Positions 1 to 12,394 of a stretch of 64,000 nucleotides of DNA are shown here, in pieces. Within the stretch, counting starts at the first letter, position 1. Each line of letters begins with the position of its first letter. The stretch covers positions 5,270,347 through 5,334,346 of the forward strand of contig BFEA01000017.1 in NCBI GenBank assembly GCA_003427395.1, written 5' to 3'. The notes under the pieces are model-generated. The model was not told where the DNA came from. It saw only the letters and a list, made by a program, of their open reading frames with translations, and searched no databases. Made by a program: the position numbers and the translations under genes. The stretch comes from Chara braunii. Lineage: Eukaryota; Plantae; Charophyceae.

Positions 1-89
<89 letters not shown>
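1..89. repeat. (TC)n microsatellite
   Basis: Uninterrupted TC dinucleotide run from the window start. Confidence 0.99.
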
Positions 90-90
<1 letters not shown>

Positions 91-91
<1 letters not shown>

Positions 92-1500
92 TAGCGCACT
101 CCGCTCGTGCCCCCCTCCCGTCCACATTTTCGCCCATAACTATCCCACACACCTTCCGCGCGTAACTGTCCCACACACCTTTCCGCGCGTAACTGTCCCA
201 CACACCTTTCCGCGCGTAACTGTCCCACACACCTCCCCTTCGCCCTCTCTCTCTTGTGCGCACCCTCGCTCGCTCGCGTGCACCTCACGCTTGCGCTCCT
301 CCGTGCGTAACTGCCTCCCTTTCGCCCGCTCGCCCCTCCTCCGCTACTCGCGCACGTGCGTTAGAGCACACGTTCCTTCGCACGCAACTTCCCCTACACC
401 TCCCCTCGGCCCGCTCTCCCTCTCTCTTTCTCACGTTCGTGCTCCTCTACCCGTAACGATCTCCCTTATGCCCGCTTGCCCACCCTCCGCTAGTCGCGCG
501 AGTGCGTTAGTGCGCACGTTCCTCGACGCACAACTTCCCCGTGCACCTCCCCTCCGCCCTATCTCCCTCTCTCTCTCACATGCGCTCCTCCTCTGCTCGC
601 AACCACCTCCCCTCACCCCCTCTTGCGTGTAACTACCGCGCTCGCGCGCCTACTTGCTTTGCCTGCATTGCTTCCCTCTCTCTGTCTTTGTGTCACCTCC
701 TCACTTCCATGTGCGGCTCCCCTCTGCAGGTTGTGAGCGCGCATGCAGTTCCTCTTGTCACCCCTCCCCCTTGCTCCCCTCCGCCCTCCTCTCCTCTCCT
801 CTGCCCTATGTTCCTCCCCTCCCCCTCCGCTCCTCCCCCACCCCTGCCCCTCCCCACTCTCCAGCTGCCCCGCTCTTCCTCTGCCTCCGCTCCGCTCACT
901 CCTCCGCGCGTAACTGCTTCCCCTCTGCCCGCTCGCCCATCCTCCGGTCCGCGCGCGCATGTGTTCGTGCGGATGTACCTCCACGCGTAACTTCCCTGTG
1001 CACCTCCCCTCTGCCCGCTCTTTCCCTCTCACTCTCTTTCGTGCGAGCACTCCTCCACGCTTAACTGCCTCCCCTCGTCCCCTCTCGCGCGTAACTACCC
1101 CACTCGCGCGCCTACTTGTTGCGCTTGCGTTGCTCCCCTCTCTCTCTCTCTCTCACCTCCTGGCTTCCGCGCACGACCCTCCTCCGCTGGCAGCGCGCGC
1201 ACGCGCCTGCCCTCTACGCGCTGTTTCTCTCCCCACCCATCTCCCCTTCTCCCCTTCGCCCTCCGCTCCTCCCGTCCGCCTTTTGCTCCTCCCTTCCGCC
1301 CTCTACTCCTCCCCTCCCCCTCCTCCGCTCCTTCCCCCGTCCCTCCCCACTCTCCAACTGCCCCGCTCTTCCTCCACTCTACGCTCTGCTCGTTCCTTCG
1401 TTGCTCCTTCCCTCCCCATCTCCCCCCGCTCAACCCTCTGTCGTTCCTTCCCCCCCCCCTCTCCTCCAATTGCCCCTGTGTTCCTCCGCCCTAAGCGGAA
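91..1500. repeat. C-rich degenerate repeat region, including a 27-bp tandem repeat at ~157-235
   Basis: The motif (C)GCGTAACT(G/T)CC recurs throughout; CCGCGCGTAACTGTCCCACACACCTTT occurs about three times in tandem. ORFs here are low-complexity artefacts. Confidence 0.85.
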
Positions 1501-1998
1501 GAGGAAGGACGCTGTCACACTTTTTCTAGTCAGGCCACTTCTGGCGACCAGAAAGCCAACAGGCTGTCACGCAGGATTTTGATGAATTTTTGCAATAAAT
1601 AAATTAATCACATAAAGCAAATTCCTTCCTGTTGTGTGCGTCCGGCTTCGAGCGAGACCCTTCAATTGCAGTCTTTGCCGGTTCCCGGTCTTAGGAATCT
1701 TTTATTATGATTCGGAACAGCAATGATCGCAAAGATAATAAACTATTGAACTTGAATATGCTATGCATATACTAGGGTTTTCAATTTAGAGATTTGAGAA
1801 CTGTGACAAGATTGACAAGAGCATAGTCTCAGGCAATGTCAATGCAAACAAATCAAGACTAACTTGACACAAGGCAAAGACAAGGTGAATGAGGGAAGGT
1901 GAGAACTCATGATAATCTCAGGAAGTACATATGAAAAGATATGACCAGCACTTGTCAAGAGTCCTCACTCATCCCTCTCAAGTCTCATCATCAATCTC

Positions 1999-4900
1999 TC
2001 ATTTGACAATGCGCCTTGTACGCTTTGAGCCACGTCTACGTGCCTCCTGAGGTTGTGGCTTAGAGATGTAGAGCCACCTAAAGCCTGCAAGTTCCGAATA
2101 CGTCCATCCAAGGTCAAAGATGCGAAAGTCAAGCATAGCACATAACTCCTCCCACAGAGTAGGTAGATATGGCTTGGAGAAGATCCCTCGTTTGAGATGC
2201 CGAAACTCTGATGGTTCAGTCACTGGCTCATAATCGATCTCTGCAGGGGAGATATATCTCTTGGCCAAATCAATCAGATCACTCCAGCAAGAGCCATATG
2301 TGAGAAGGAAAGAAACTGGAGCCCTGGATAGTCTATGTAGAGCTTGGGTCCGAAACTACGGGAAACTTTGTGGCACTTTTGTCAAACTCACGCTCTCTCC
2401 CCTCAAGATATTTGGCTGTTGCGATCCAGACTGAATTAAAGTGCTCATGGGTTTCCTTGCCCTTCTTCACATAGATCCTCAGGTCCTGGATAATGCATTC
2501 AGAAAACTCGGTGAGAATGACGAAGATTGACATATCTTCTTGTTTGAAACCGACTGCACTAACATATCGATATTGAAAAGCATCCTTGAGAGCAATCTGG
2601 TTGAGACTAGTCAAGACTGACTCACTGACTGGAGATGACTGAATGGTACTCATGTGCTGAGACGGGTACTTAGCTGGTTTGAATATCTCTGATAGAAAAA
2701 CTGTCTGACTGATATTGACCTATTGTGATGGATGGATGATGGATGAATAGCAATAACTCCTGATAGAGGGTTACTGGTGAGACCCCTAATGCCCGAAATT
2801 TATCGAGCAGCAGGTCACTGATTGATCAATGTCGGTCTGGGAATAGAAGAGTGATGATTGATTATGTTTGCTGACTTACTGGAGATGTGAAATAGTCAAC
2901 ACTGAGATTCCTCAATGAGAAAAGGGGGTCCAGAAAGTGTATTTCATCAATCTATGCCCTTTGAACGTTGATTATCTCCCTTGCTTTTTGAACTGTCTCA
3001 AGAGAAGAGACCGTGTTGTGTAGCTTTCCATCTGATCCATGGATGTAGAATATAATCTCAATAAATTTGTGGCAACTTCTCTCTTCCAACTGCAACTTTT
3101 CTTTGCATCTTTCTATAAATTTCAACCTCATCAGATATTTTATTCTCCCAACCTTCCATCTTTTCTTGGTAGAGAGTACAGGACACCACTAAAATTTTCT
3201 GGCTTACTCTTCTCCCCCCCTCCGTTTGTTCGATGCTAAGTCTGTGTAGAATCTGTAGATCAGTATTCACTGAGAAAGAGAAGAGGATTTTGTTCGTTTT
3301 TGAAGTTTCAATAACCAACGAGTACCAACACTAGTATGCCTTTACTTGTAGTTTACTTGTTTAATAGTTCACTGCACCAATGCCTTCGAGTGAGAGATAC
3401 TAAAAAAAAAGATAGGTTGAAGAAAGTTTATTGCTCATATATTCCGCCGCCGTATTAGGTATCACGACTTTTAAACAAACAGTGTGTCTTGAGATGTTAG
3501 AACTTTAGTTCAATACTCAATAATATACAACTCACCCCCACACTTGCCACATAAGGACCCCGAAACGCTTTCCTCAGACTATGTTGAACGAGGAACAAGG
3601 TAGTCTCATATGTTCTATGTACAATGCAGGCACTGTTTTAGGGACCGCTTCTACCCGCTTGTAGCACGAAAATGTAAATGAGTACGAATACTTGTGCTCG
3701 TCCGCAACGTAGATAGTAAACATACACAGTCTCTCTTGTACTCCATACACTTTAGTATAGTTGACAATGCACACCTCTCAAACTCTTCCTAGAGTGGTAT
3801 TAGAAACACACCTCGTTCGATTAGTACCATGAGAACGAACAGGAGCGGTGGCCTCCATTCAGACACTTGCCAGTGCCACTAGAGGTACGTCCCACTTTGA
3901 AGGAAGAACAAATACCACCAGTAATAGCCCTCACTCAGACAATTCACAAAGTACTCCTAACACTTGTTCCCATCTTGACTACTGCATATTTAAGTGACTG
4001 TCGAGAGAAGTTGTGATACTCTACTATAACAACCTCCATAGGCCGACCACAACATCTCATTTTTGGTCCAGTTATCAATCGCCCTCAAGTAAGAACTTTG
4101 CCAAGAAATACGCAATCCTTTTTAAAATTAAGCTTCTTTTATACATAACGCTCCCTTGCCCCACTTAACTTCGCAGTCTTGATTTATTGGACCCCACTAA
4201 TTCGCTTTCATCACTTGTCTTCCCGATGGTCTCTCCTTGCATTGACCATTAAAAGCAAGTGCCAACCTCACTAATTGGTTGACTAGAGGTGAACAAGGCA
4301 GATCTTGGGTAGCCAAGAACTACTAGTTCAGCCTGCCAGAGCCAAATAGTACCAATTAACTCAGGACCTTTATCACCCGTGTGATAATTTTAAAGTTATC
4401 AGAATGGAATAAAGAGATAAGCAAAAGAAGAAGGTCAAGCCAGATCTGAGTAGAGCAAATGTCTTATCTGTTAATTTTTGCGGTTCCAAGTTTAGGCCAA
4501 CATGTATCCACACTTCTCCTTTAGTCCGTATAATCACTGAGGGAACCACACTTGCTCAAGTATTTTCCGACCAAATCTCGTTCATATCGTCGGAATAAAG
4601 ACTCTCTCAAAATTACGAGAACTTCGTATGTAAAACCGGGCACGAGAACTGAGCAGGACAACCTCTTTGTTAGCACAACAGTAACCAAATAGTAGTCATG
4701 GCTTACTTCCGCTTACCAATTTAACCACTTCCAGTAGCTAAAGAAATCCGAAATCAAAAGAACCCTCTCTCTCAAGATTCTTGGAGGATAAAATACGGTA
4801 CGACTCTCAAACGGGACAATAAACTTATGCCTTCCGATTTGACCATCGTTGCTCGCAGTGATTACCCTCGCCCTAGATTACTCCTCTAAGTCAATAAGCC

Positions 4901-6800
4901 CGTTTCTACCGAAAGACAGGTGCTATGTCCACTTAGACATATCTAGATGGCAATCCCCACAATTATACCTTGACTCATAACCTTCATCCCCTCGAGACAA
5001 AGAACAATAGCAGTTGGAAGTAAGGGGAAGATAAACTGCAGCTCCCCAATCTTCAGAAAAATACTCATCCGACAGACACTCTTCAACTAAAATCATGTAC
5101 GAACTGTTTGCTGAGTGTGAAGAACGGAAGACGACAACAACATGTTCATCTGACTCTCTCTAAGCCATGGTGCTTGCACCCTGTGCATCGGTTCACCCAT
5201 ATGGTCTCATCAACAATTATCGCGGACACCTTTGATATAAACCTGTTTCTCAAACAATTCAGAATGAATGATTGCCAATGACTCGCTAACGAGCAGTCAC
5301 TTAGTCTACCCGGGGCCTGACTCTAATAATTTGCACAGGTTACTAGTGTTTTGCGATGAATGAAGCAGTGGCTCACAGACAATTGATAGCAAGAAAAGAG
5401 AAAGTACCAGATGCCATCTGACGACGATCTTGAGCTCGAACAATGTCCGAAGAGCAGTTAACTAACGCAGGCGGAGTCAATGACATATACATGCGCTGGC
5501 CTCTCAGAGATCTGATTCTTCTCCATTAGCGACACTCTCTCGTGCAGCCTTCGTGTCGCTCACTTTAACAGAACGTAACCATCTTGCAAACCCATCGCTC
5601 CTGTTTATAGCATAGTGATTCAAGCGAGAGGGATGACATCAACCGAAATCATTCTCACACAGTACGACCATCGATGACTATCCACCAGTCGTTTTCAGAC
5701 TATTGAACCCTGAGTAGTCTCTTAACCGTGGAGGAGCACGCGATGGTTGACGAAGGCTCGCACACATAAAATTCACTACAACTAGGGAGTGACACCCCGC
5801 TGGTTCATCCCCCTTCTTTCTCGTCTCGCTATAATAGGAGTCGGGTCGATAGACTCAGTCAAAGCAGACAAAACATGGAGGTCGCTAACGTCAACTTTCA
5901 ATGATGCATATGTTTTTCAACCGGTCTTGAGAAAGTTGACCTTTGTTAGTCACGTAGTAGCTCGCGCGAGAGAGATGATGTCATCCAGGTCATCTCCTCG
6001 TAGATTGTTCAGCATCCCCACGGAGGTCTCTCGCCCTCTCTCTAATGCACGACCAGCACTTTTCCACACTGTACGAGTCTCCCTCTCTGACTGAACGGAG
6101 AACGATGACAGCATAGGCATCAAGCGCTTGTTCACCCCTTCTAACTCTCGCGCTTGTAACTGACCACGACCTCCTGTATTCAGTTCCTCTAACGATGCGA
6201 ACTAGCCTCAGGGCCCTCCTCTACCGGCGTCGTTGGCGGGTGATCCTGCCTCCACCGATCCAGTCTGTGCCAGGACCGAGTTTTAGCGGCGTCGCTAGCT
6301 TCAGACTCAGACTCAGAGTCCTGGTACAACCGCTGTTGTTCACGCTCTGTGGTCCCAGTGGACGCTTCTGTCTCGTAATAAGAGACCGTCACTTGAATCT
6401 GCGTGGTAACCCCATGTCTTTGACACCTCATTCTAGCTTTGTTCTTGGCGTCAATAATAGCCGTATGTATTCTGTGGTCTTTTCTCATTTCCTCCTCTCT
6501 CTCTCCCTCAACATTGATCTTTAATTTTGCCTCCCAACTGTCGAAGTCCAGGATTGTGGTGATCCAGGGACTTCCCTCCGACTCCAAGGTCCAGCGTACT
6601 AGAGATCTCCAACAGTCAGCCTTATACTAACAAAATAGACAGGGTTTCACGTTCTTTGCACGAACTTAGTCCCTCTTAGATTGCAGGCCAGCAATCACCC
6701 TCTTCGCGCCACCGCCCCGACTTACAGACAACATACATCAACTGGCCAATAGCATGTGACGCGGTAGCTCCTCCTTTTAAGATTGTTACACACGATCACT
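1999..6800 (-). pseudogene. Block of decayed ORFs of unknown, possibly viral, origin (candidate endogenous viral element)
   Basis: High-complexity sequence with no microsatellites or obvious introns. Long minus-strand frames are broken by stops and frameshifts: ~6800-5800 (ends PIIARRERRG), ~5790-3570 (Cys-rich, sequons NRS, NSS, NWT, NRT, NTT, NYT) and ~3318-1999 (basic tail ARRRGSKRTRRIVK). No diagnostic domain recognised. Confidence 0.35.
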
Positions 6801-6954
6801 GCGTTCTAAATAAGGGACACAAACAATCTTTAAAATTTTGCTTGTTAATAGTTAAATGTCAAACATAATTAAAACTACTATTAACTAAAGCAGAATCGGG
6901 CCTCAATGATTATATCTCAATCAAAACTCTCTATAATTAGTCACCTACCTCTTC

Positions 6955-7470
6955 GACTTTGCGTGAAAATGATCACGAGCGCGGCGCGCGGTAGTCCCGT
7001 AACGGGATATCGACCGACTCTTTCCTTTTTGAAAAGGGGTCATCGGGCTACCCATTACGGGTTTCCGTGTCCGATGGCAAGGAGGGGGCTTATAACCTTC
7101 TATGGGGGTGATAAGCCTCCTACCAAAGCGGTCGCGAGTTGCCCCCTTTTTTAAGTTCTACATCATGAAGCCCAGCAAGTCACACTCACGACAATTGAGA
7201 CGCGAAGGGCCGGCCAGTCGAGACCGCCCACTTATGAACACGGTTCAAAACTGAACTGTTCGTTCCCCCTCGACATGACAGGAAGGGGGACTAAAAATTC
7301 GAAAAGACTGAATAAAGGAAGACAATTACTCCTTTGACCAATTAAGTTAGATGCATACTTCCGCTATTTGGACATCTGGTGAACCGAAATGGGCAGGCCC
7401 TACCGGGTGAAACAAGACCGTATTGGTTTCTTTTCTTTATCAATTTAGGTGACCGCCCCTAGGTTAGAGA
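6955..7470 (+). ncRNA. Candidate structured RNA (dense hairpin cluster), identity unknown
   Basis: At least seven adjacent stem-loops, e.g. CGTGA/TCACG, CCCG/CGGG, GACTCTTT/AAGGGGTC, GGGGCTTAT-ACCTTC/GGGGGT-ATAAGCCTC, ACGGTTCA/TGAACTGT, TCCCCC/GGGGGA, AAAGGA/TCCTTT. Several non-Watson-Crick pairs are G-U on the + strand. Confidence 0.45.
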
Positions 7471-7951
7471 AACGGCGCCGATTTAGAATTTCGTAGAAGC
7501 TTCTTGGACCCGTAGATTGGAATTGGGCGTGTAGTCCAAACATTTTAGATTTTTGTAGAAGCCTCTTGGAACCGTAGATTAGAATCGAACACCTTGTGAA
7601 TCGATATGGACAGGTATTCTAGAAACTTGGATGGACCCACTATGCCCTACGTCAAAGGACGAAACGTTTTAGACTGGCGAGCGCATAAGATTGGTGGGCC
7701 CAAAAAAATAGTGTGTCACTCACGTGTGTGCTGCGCACATCCACGTAGGTCGACATTTTACGGGCGCCACAGACCCGTAATTTAGATGCATGTGACAAAC
7801 ATGCAAAAACTTCACTAATTTTATATCTTTGTCGGTCCTGATGGTGTGTGCAGAATATCAAATCGGTTGATTGTTGGACTAAATGTGGTTTTGGCAATAT
7901 TAATTTGTTAAATCAATCTGCCTAACTTTATCAAGCATCAAAATTGTTAAA

Positions 7952-8052
7952 TCATTTCTCCCAACCTATATCTGGTATGTCCAAAATGCTCATCATTTCT
8001 CCCAACCTAAATTTGGTATGTCCAAAATGCTCATCACTTCTCCCAACCTATA
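7952..8052. repeat. 41-bp tandem repeat (~2.4 copies)
   Basis: Unit TCATTTCTCCCAACCTA(T/A)AT(C/T)TGGTATGTCCAAAATGCTCA. Confidence 0.9.
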
Positions 8053-8228
8053 TGGACTGTCTAAATCGGTTCTGATAATGTACTAAATAGGAAAGTCGAA
8101 CTGACCAATTCGGTTTGATGGTTGTCCAATTGAATTTTCGTTTGTCCAAATCGCTTCACCGTGATTCTAAATTACCTGGTCAAAGGAGTAATAAAAGAAA
8201 AGGAAGAGAAAAAAAAGAGAAAAAAAAG

Positions 8229-10595
8229 TCTCTACTACAACTGTTAGGAACCGTCCGATTCAACATTTTTTAGAGTTGCAGTCTGGATTTGGACGTAGAT
8301 ACGAAACACAGCGCTTCATCTTCATTTTTCCTCTCGTTTTGTTTTCTTTTCTTTACATTTTTATTTTCAAACTTCTTACAGTCACTGTACCTATCCCATA
8401 ACCTAACTACTGGGACTTGGTGCGCACCGGTCCTTCACTGTCGCGTCTCTGGGCAAGCTCAGCGGTTACCACGACCACAGACCGTAGTGCTTTGCTGTTC
8501 ACCAGGGTGCCGAGCCTGCGTGGACGAAAGGAAAGTCCAGTGGTGCACCACACCTGGACCAGCCCTGTAGCAAAGCACCAAGTATGACGGACGCACTGCA
8601 GAGGGGAAACCATCCACATGCAAGGTGTGCCTTGTGCAACCGCGGGTAGTGAGCAGACGTCTGGTACGCCGCGAAGGTTCGTGAGCAGGCGTCTGATTCG
8701 CTGCAGAGGGTCGGGACACCGCGCCAACGTGGACCAAGCCAACCACAACCCATGATCCACATCTGCAAAACAACTATTGGGGATGTCACAACAATCTTCA
8801 GAGTTGGCACACACGACCACAAAAGAGGAACAAATTGAAAACATAACACATTAATCCAACGACGCATCCACAACCCCTCCCACCAACCACAAAGATTTTG
8901 GAACCTAAAATGAACTTGATACACATCCTCCACCCGATCTCGAACAATCTCCAAACAACATGGGAGAGACACCTAAAAAAACAGACTCCCACCACACAAA
9001 CGCCGAAGAACATGCCCAAACCCACTATCCAAACCCAACCGGCAACCTCCCTCCCTCCCTCCAATAACAATGGAATCAAAGTCGAAGAAAGTGACTCTCT
9101 ACCTGCACTTCACTCCCCTTCCTCACAAAAAACCATTGATACACATCTGCATCAAACAACTCCTCACACACCCCCTCGTCCCTCACTGAAACCATTGTTA
9201 GATCTTACCAATGACACAAAGTTGGACCAATATATGTGTGGCATTGACATTGACACACTTACTCAGAATCGGAGTAAAGGCACACCTTTGTCTTTGACAC
9301 AACATGACACATCGACAAACGAACTCCAAGCACAACTAAACGACACTTTTTCCACACAAGTTGTACCAAATGGAACTGAATGTCAACCACACAGCGTACT
9401 ATCTCAATTGTCCGACCTCCCAACCTTCGACCCCTTTGCCAGCGCACATTGCAGTTCACCAGTCCGAAAATAGACCCCCAAACCTCCAAAATACAAGCCC
9501 AAAATTGGCTAAAGAAAGCCATTGAGATTGGTTTACCCAAACTCATTGACGCCTTGCTGTGGCAAGATTTTGTGCAACACACTCTTCCAACTCCGGATAT
9601 ACTTCTCAGATACCAACACGACAAAGAGCAACGCATCATGTCGTATCTCCCTTGCAGACACAAAGAATATAACATTCATAGTCAACAAGACAACATAGCA
9701 GTCCTAAATAACCTTCTCACTTTTGGTTACCAAGGCAAAAACCGAAAGAACAGACATTGGCGGAATACAGAAACGATAGAGTGCATGATATTCATTCACT
9801 CGTTCACAAAACAAAACAGACAATGCACAACCAGCAATGCTCAATGTAAATCCTGGTGGGATGCATTTCGCTCATTCAAACCCAGGGAGGTTGCTAACCA
9901 AGTCCTACACTTGGACAACAGGGATAAACAGTTTGAGATAGATAGAAAAGCGGCTACTCTATGCGACACAAACTCATGGGAGTATGCGAGTGCAATGCTG
10001 GAAGTCACATTCTTGAGACAGCCAGACCAAAAGCACGTCCCTTTTGAGCAACATCACAACAATATCGTACGCAGAATTGCGTATCTCCTCGTATCTGAGA
10101 AGGAATATTTCTGGCGCACAAAGGCAAATTGTGGTGAGCGGGAGACAGGTACGCAAATTGTGACCCACACTCGACAGGTAAGTTCAAATCCCAACAACAA
10201 CCAACCCAGCAAACAACAACTGAAACAAATACAAAGTGTGAACAGGTCTCACTCGGATGAATTCCCAAGGGAAAAAAAAGAAGTCCTCCCAAAACTAACA
10301 AAACTCCAGCAGGTATCCAACAACTGCAACAGGTAAGTTCAAATCCCTACGACAAACAACCCAGCAAACCACGACTAAAAGGATTGCAAAGTGTGAACAG
10401 GTCTCTCTCCAGTGGAGAAAAAAAAAAAGGCTTCCAAAGATCCAGCAGCAACGCATCGACTGCATTAACAACACTGCACAGGTGAGCTCAAAGCCACACC
10501 GACCTCCTCTCCCAACCCCCCCAACCCATCCTCCCCCCCCAACATCTCTATTTCCCCCCTTTTTTTTGCGAGCGAAGCCGCAACAGGTACCCTTG
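8229..10595 (+). mobile_element. Non-autonomous Helitron-like element
   Basis: 5' end TCTCTACTAC, matching the plant Helitron 5' motif. 3' hairpin TTGCG-A-GC-GAA-GC-CGCAA (10566-10583) is followed 8 nt later by CTTG|T, one mismatch from CTRR. No RepHel motifs seen, and the left flank is G rather than A. Confidence 0.55.
9380..10336 (+). CDS. Hypothetical 318-aa ORF carried inside the Helitron-like element
   Basis: Long, high-complexity frame overlapping a 191-aa Thr/Pro-rich ORF (8898-9473), possibly one frameshifted gene. No recognised domain. Confidence 0.35.
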   Translation: MSTTQRTISIVRPPNLRPLCQRTLQFTSPKIDPQTSKIQAQNWLKKAIEIGLPKLIDALLWQDFVQHTLPTPDILLRYQHDKEQRIMSYLPCRHKEYNIHSQQDNIAVLNNLLTFGYQGKNRKNRHWRNTETIECMIFIHSFTKQNRQCTTSNAQCKSWWDAFRSFKPREVANQVLHLDNRDKQFEIDRKAATLCDTNSWEYASAMLEVTFLRQPDQKHVPFEQHHNNIVRRIAYLLVSEKEYFWRTKANCGERETGTQIVTHTRQVSSNPNNNQPSKQQLKQIQSVNRSHSDEFPREKKEVLPKLTKLQQVSNNCNR

Positions 10596-10957
10596 TTCTG
10601 ATTGAATCCTCTAGCTACTTCAGTATTTCGACTTTTCTTTCCTTCAGACTTTTCTCGTCCTGGGTCTCGTGATATGTTTCCTCTTCACTGCCTGATCTCC
10701 TTTGCCTTGAGCAGTGTTAAGCCTTCCATCTGCACGGATTATCTTTGGGTGTTGCTATCTTGCCCTGAAGCAGCCAAACTCTCTGGAACTGCCTCGTTAG
10801 TTTCTCTTGTGGGCTTCCCCTTAACACTAATGGTTAACGGGGACCCCCTTCTCTCCCCCTGAATGGCATCTTGTACCTGATGCCTGCCTCCATGATGTCT
10901 TTTGTTGTTGCCCACCTTGTGCCTTTTTCCAATGTTTGATCATGAATCAAGAATCAA

Positions 10958-10959
<2 letters not shown>

Positions 10960-11030
<71 letters not shown>

Positions 11031-11031
11031 N

Positions 11032-11122
<91 letters not shown>
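10960..11122. repeat. Compound (CT)n(GT)n microsatellite
   Basis: Seen directly. Confidence 0.99.
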
Positions 11123-11123
<1 letters not shown>

Positions 11124-11400
11124 AAGTGTTGGCCTCAGCCCAGTCCTCTATGAACTCAGGGAAGTGCTCAGAAAATCAGACTTCGGTCCTCTTTTCTAGT
11201 CACAGAAGGCCCTTCGTTCCCTTGCAATAGCAGGGGCCTTTCAGACCTACTTCTATTGACTAGGCCGTGGTTTTCTCTTGGACATCTCCACTCTGGACCT
11301 GTACCGACTTCACTCGCTCCTGATAGGCATCTTCACCAACTTGATTTTCACACACCTCAACACATAAAAGTAATCCTGAATAAGGACTCGTTCCTTAAAG

Positions 11401-11499
11401 AATTTGGGTCATTTCTCAGTTTGTGCATGTCATCCCTGCATGAGGACCATATTAGTCTTCTCTGGGTTATTGCAATTTTAACGGATGTCCCAAGGGAGC
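11401..11499 (-). pseudogene. U6: U6 snRNA pseudogene
   Basis: The reverse complement GCTCCCTTGGGACATCCGTTAAAATTGCAATAACCCAGAGAAGACTAATATGGTCCTCATGCAGGGATGACATGCACAAACTGAGAAATGACCCAAATT is colinear with plant U6. The ACAGAGA box (CCAGAGA) and the AGC triad are mutated. Confidence 0.85.
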
Positions 11500-12394
11500 A
11501 ATGGGGGCTTGTATGCCTTTATGGGGAGGAGCGTTTGTGGATCTTCCCATATGTGTCCTCTTGACTATCTGGTGGGAAAGGAACCGGATTGATGCCCATC
11601 AGAACGGAAAGGAGGCATAGCCATAAGGCTGTGTTCTTTCTTTTGTTCTATTAGTCTATTCTATATACAAAGAAGGTTTAAAAAAGACAGTTTGGTGGCT
11701 TTTCCCTTGCATGGAGTTGCTTCCCTATTTCGCGATCTCAAGGGCCATCAAGGACTCATACATGGTTATCTCTGGCTCTTGGATCTCTTCGAGTTTCCTC
11801 TCATATACTGCAAGTTATGCAACTATACTGCTTCTGTCCTCTCTGACGCTTCCGGACAATCCACCAGTCCTTTGGAAGTAGTGGGCAGACAAACCTCATT
11901 TGTACTGCTGCTAAACTGGGAATGCCTGCTCCACAATCCTGTCGATGTCATATGTGCGATAATGCCATCCATAGATAGTGGTCAGACTCCCGCATGGTGC
12001 AAAAGTCCGTTTCCCGCATCCTTCACGAAGGCTGGCAACTGAGCAACTGGGAGATGGGAATGAATGGGTAGGTCATCCATATCCAAGAGGGCCATCCAGA
12101 TCATGACCCAGAACCTTAATAAAAATGTTTTGGAAATGATTCCACAAGACGAACCTTGTACATCCTCCTTGCTGATCTTCAGCATGATCTAGTGCGATCG
12201 ATCACTACCCTCATTGTGTTAAATCACTACCCTGACCATCCGAATGCATGATAAACCCTCTTGTAAGACCAGATTGGCATTAACCCCGGGTTTCGCTCTG
12301 AATATGGAAAACAAAATGGAAATGACAGCCTTTATTCTCCTGCGTTGTGCTGTGCTGCTGCTGTCTAACGCGGAAATTGATGTCTCATTGCCAG

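Noticed and set aside
91-1582. Many overlapping Pro/Ser/Leu- or Gly/Arg-rich ORFs
   Set aside because: They arise from C-rich low-complexity repeats that lack stop codons in several frames.
1633-1700. GTGCG start resembling a group II intron 5' end
   Set aside because: No domain V consensus was found downstream, and a 5-mer match is expected by chance.
7638-7713. CACTA...TAGTG as a possible CACTA element
   Set aside because: Only 5 bp match, with no extended TIR or 3-bp TSD.
12244-12394. N-terminal 50 aa of the 1805-aa ORF as true coding sequence
   Set aside because: A branch point and acceptor precede the LRR motif, so this part is more likely intron that happens to be open.
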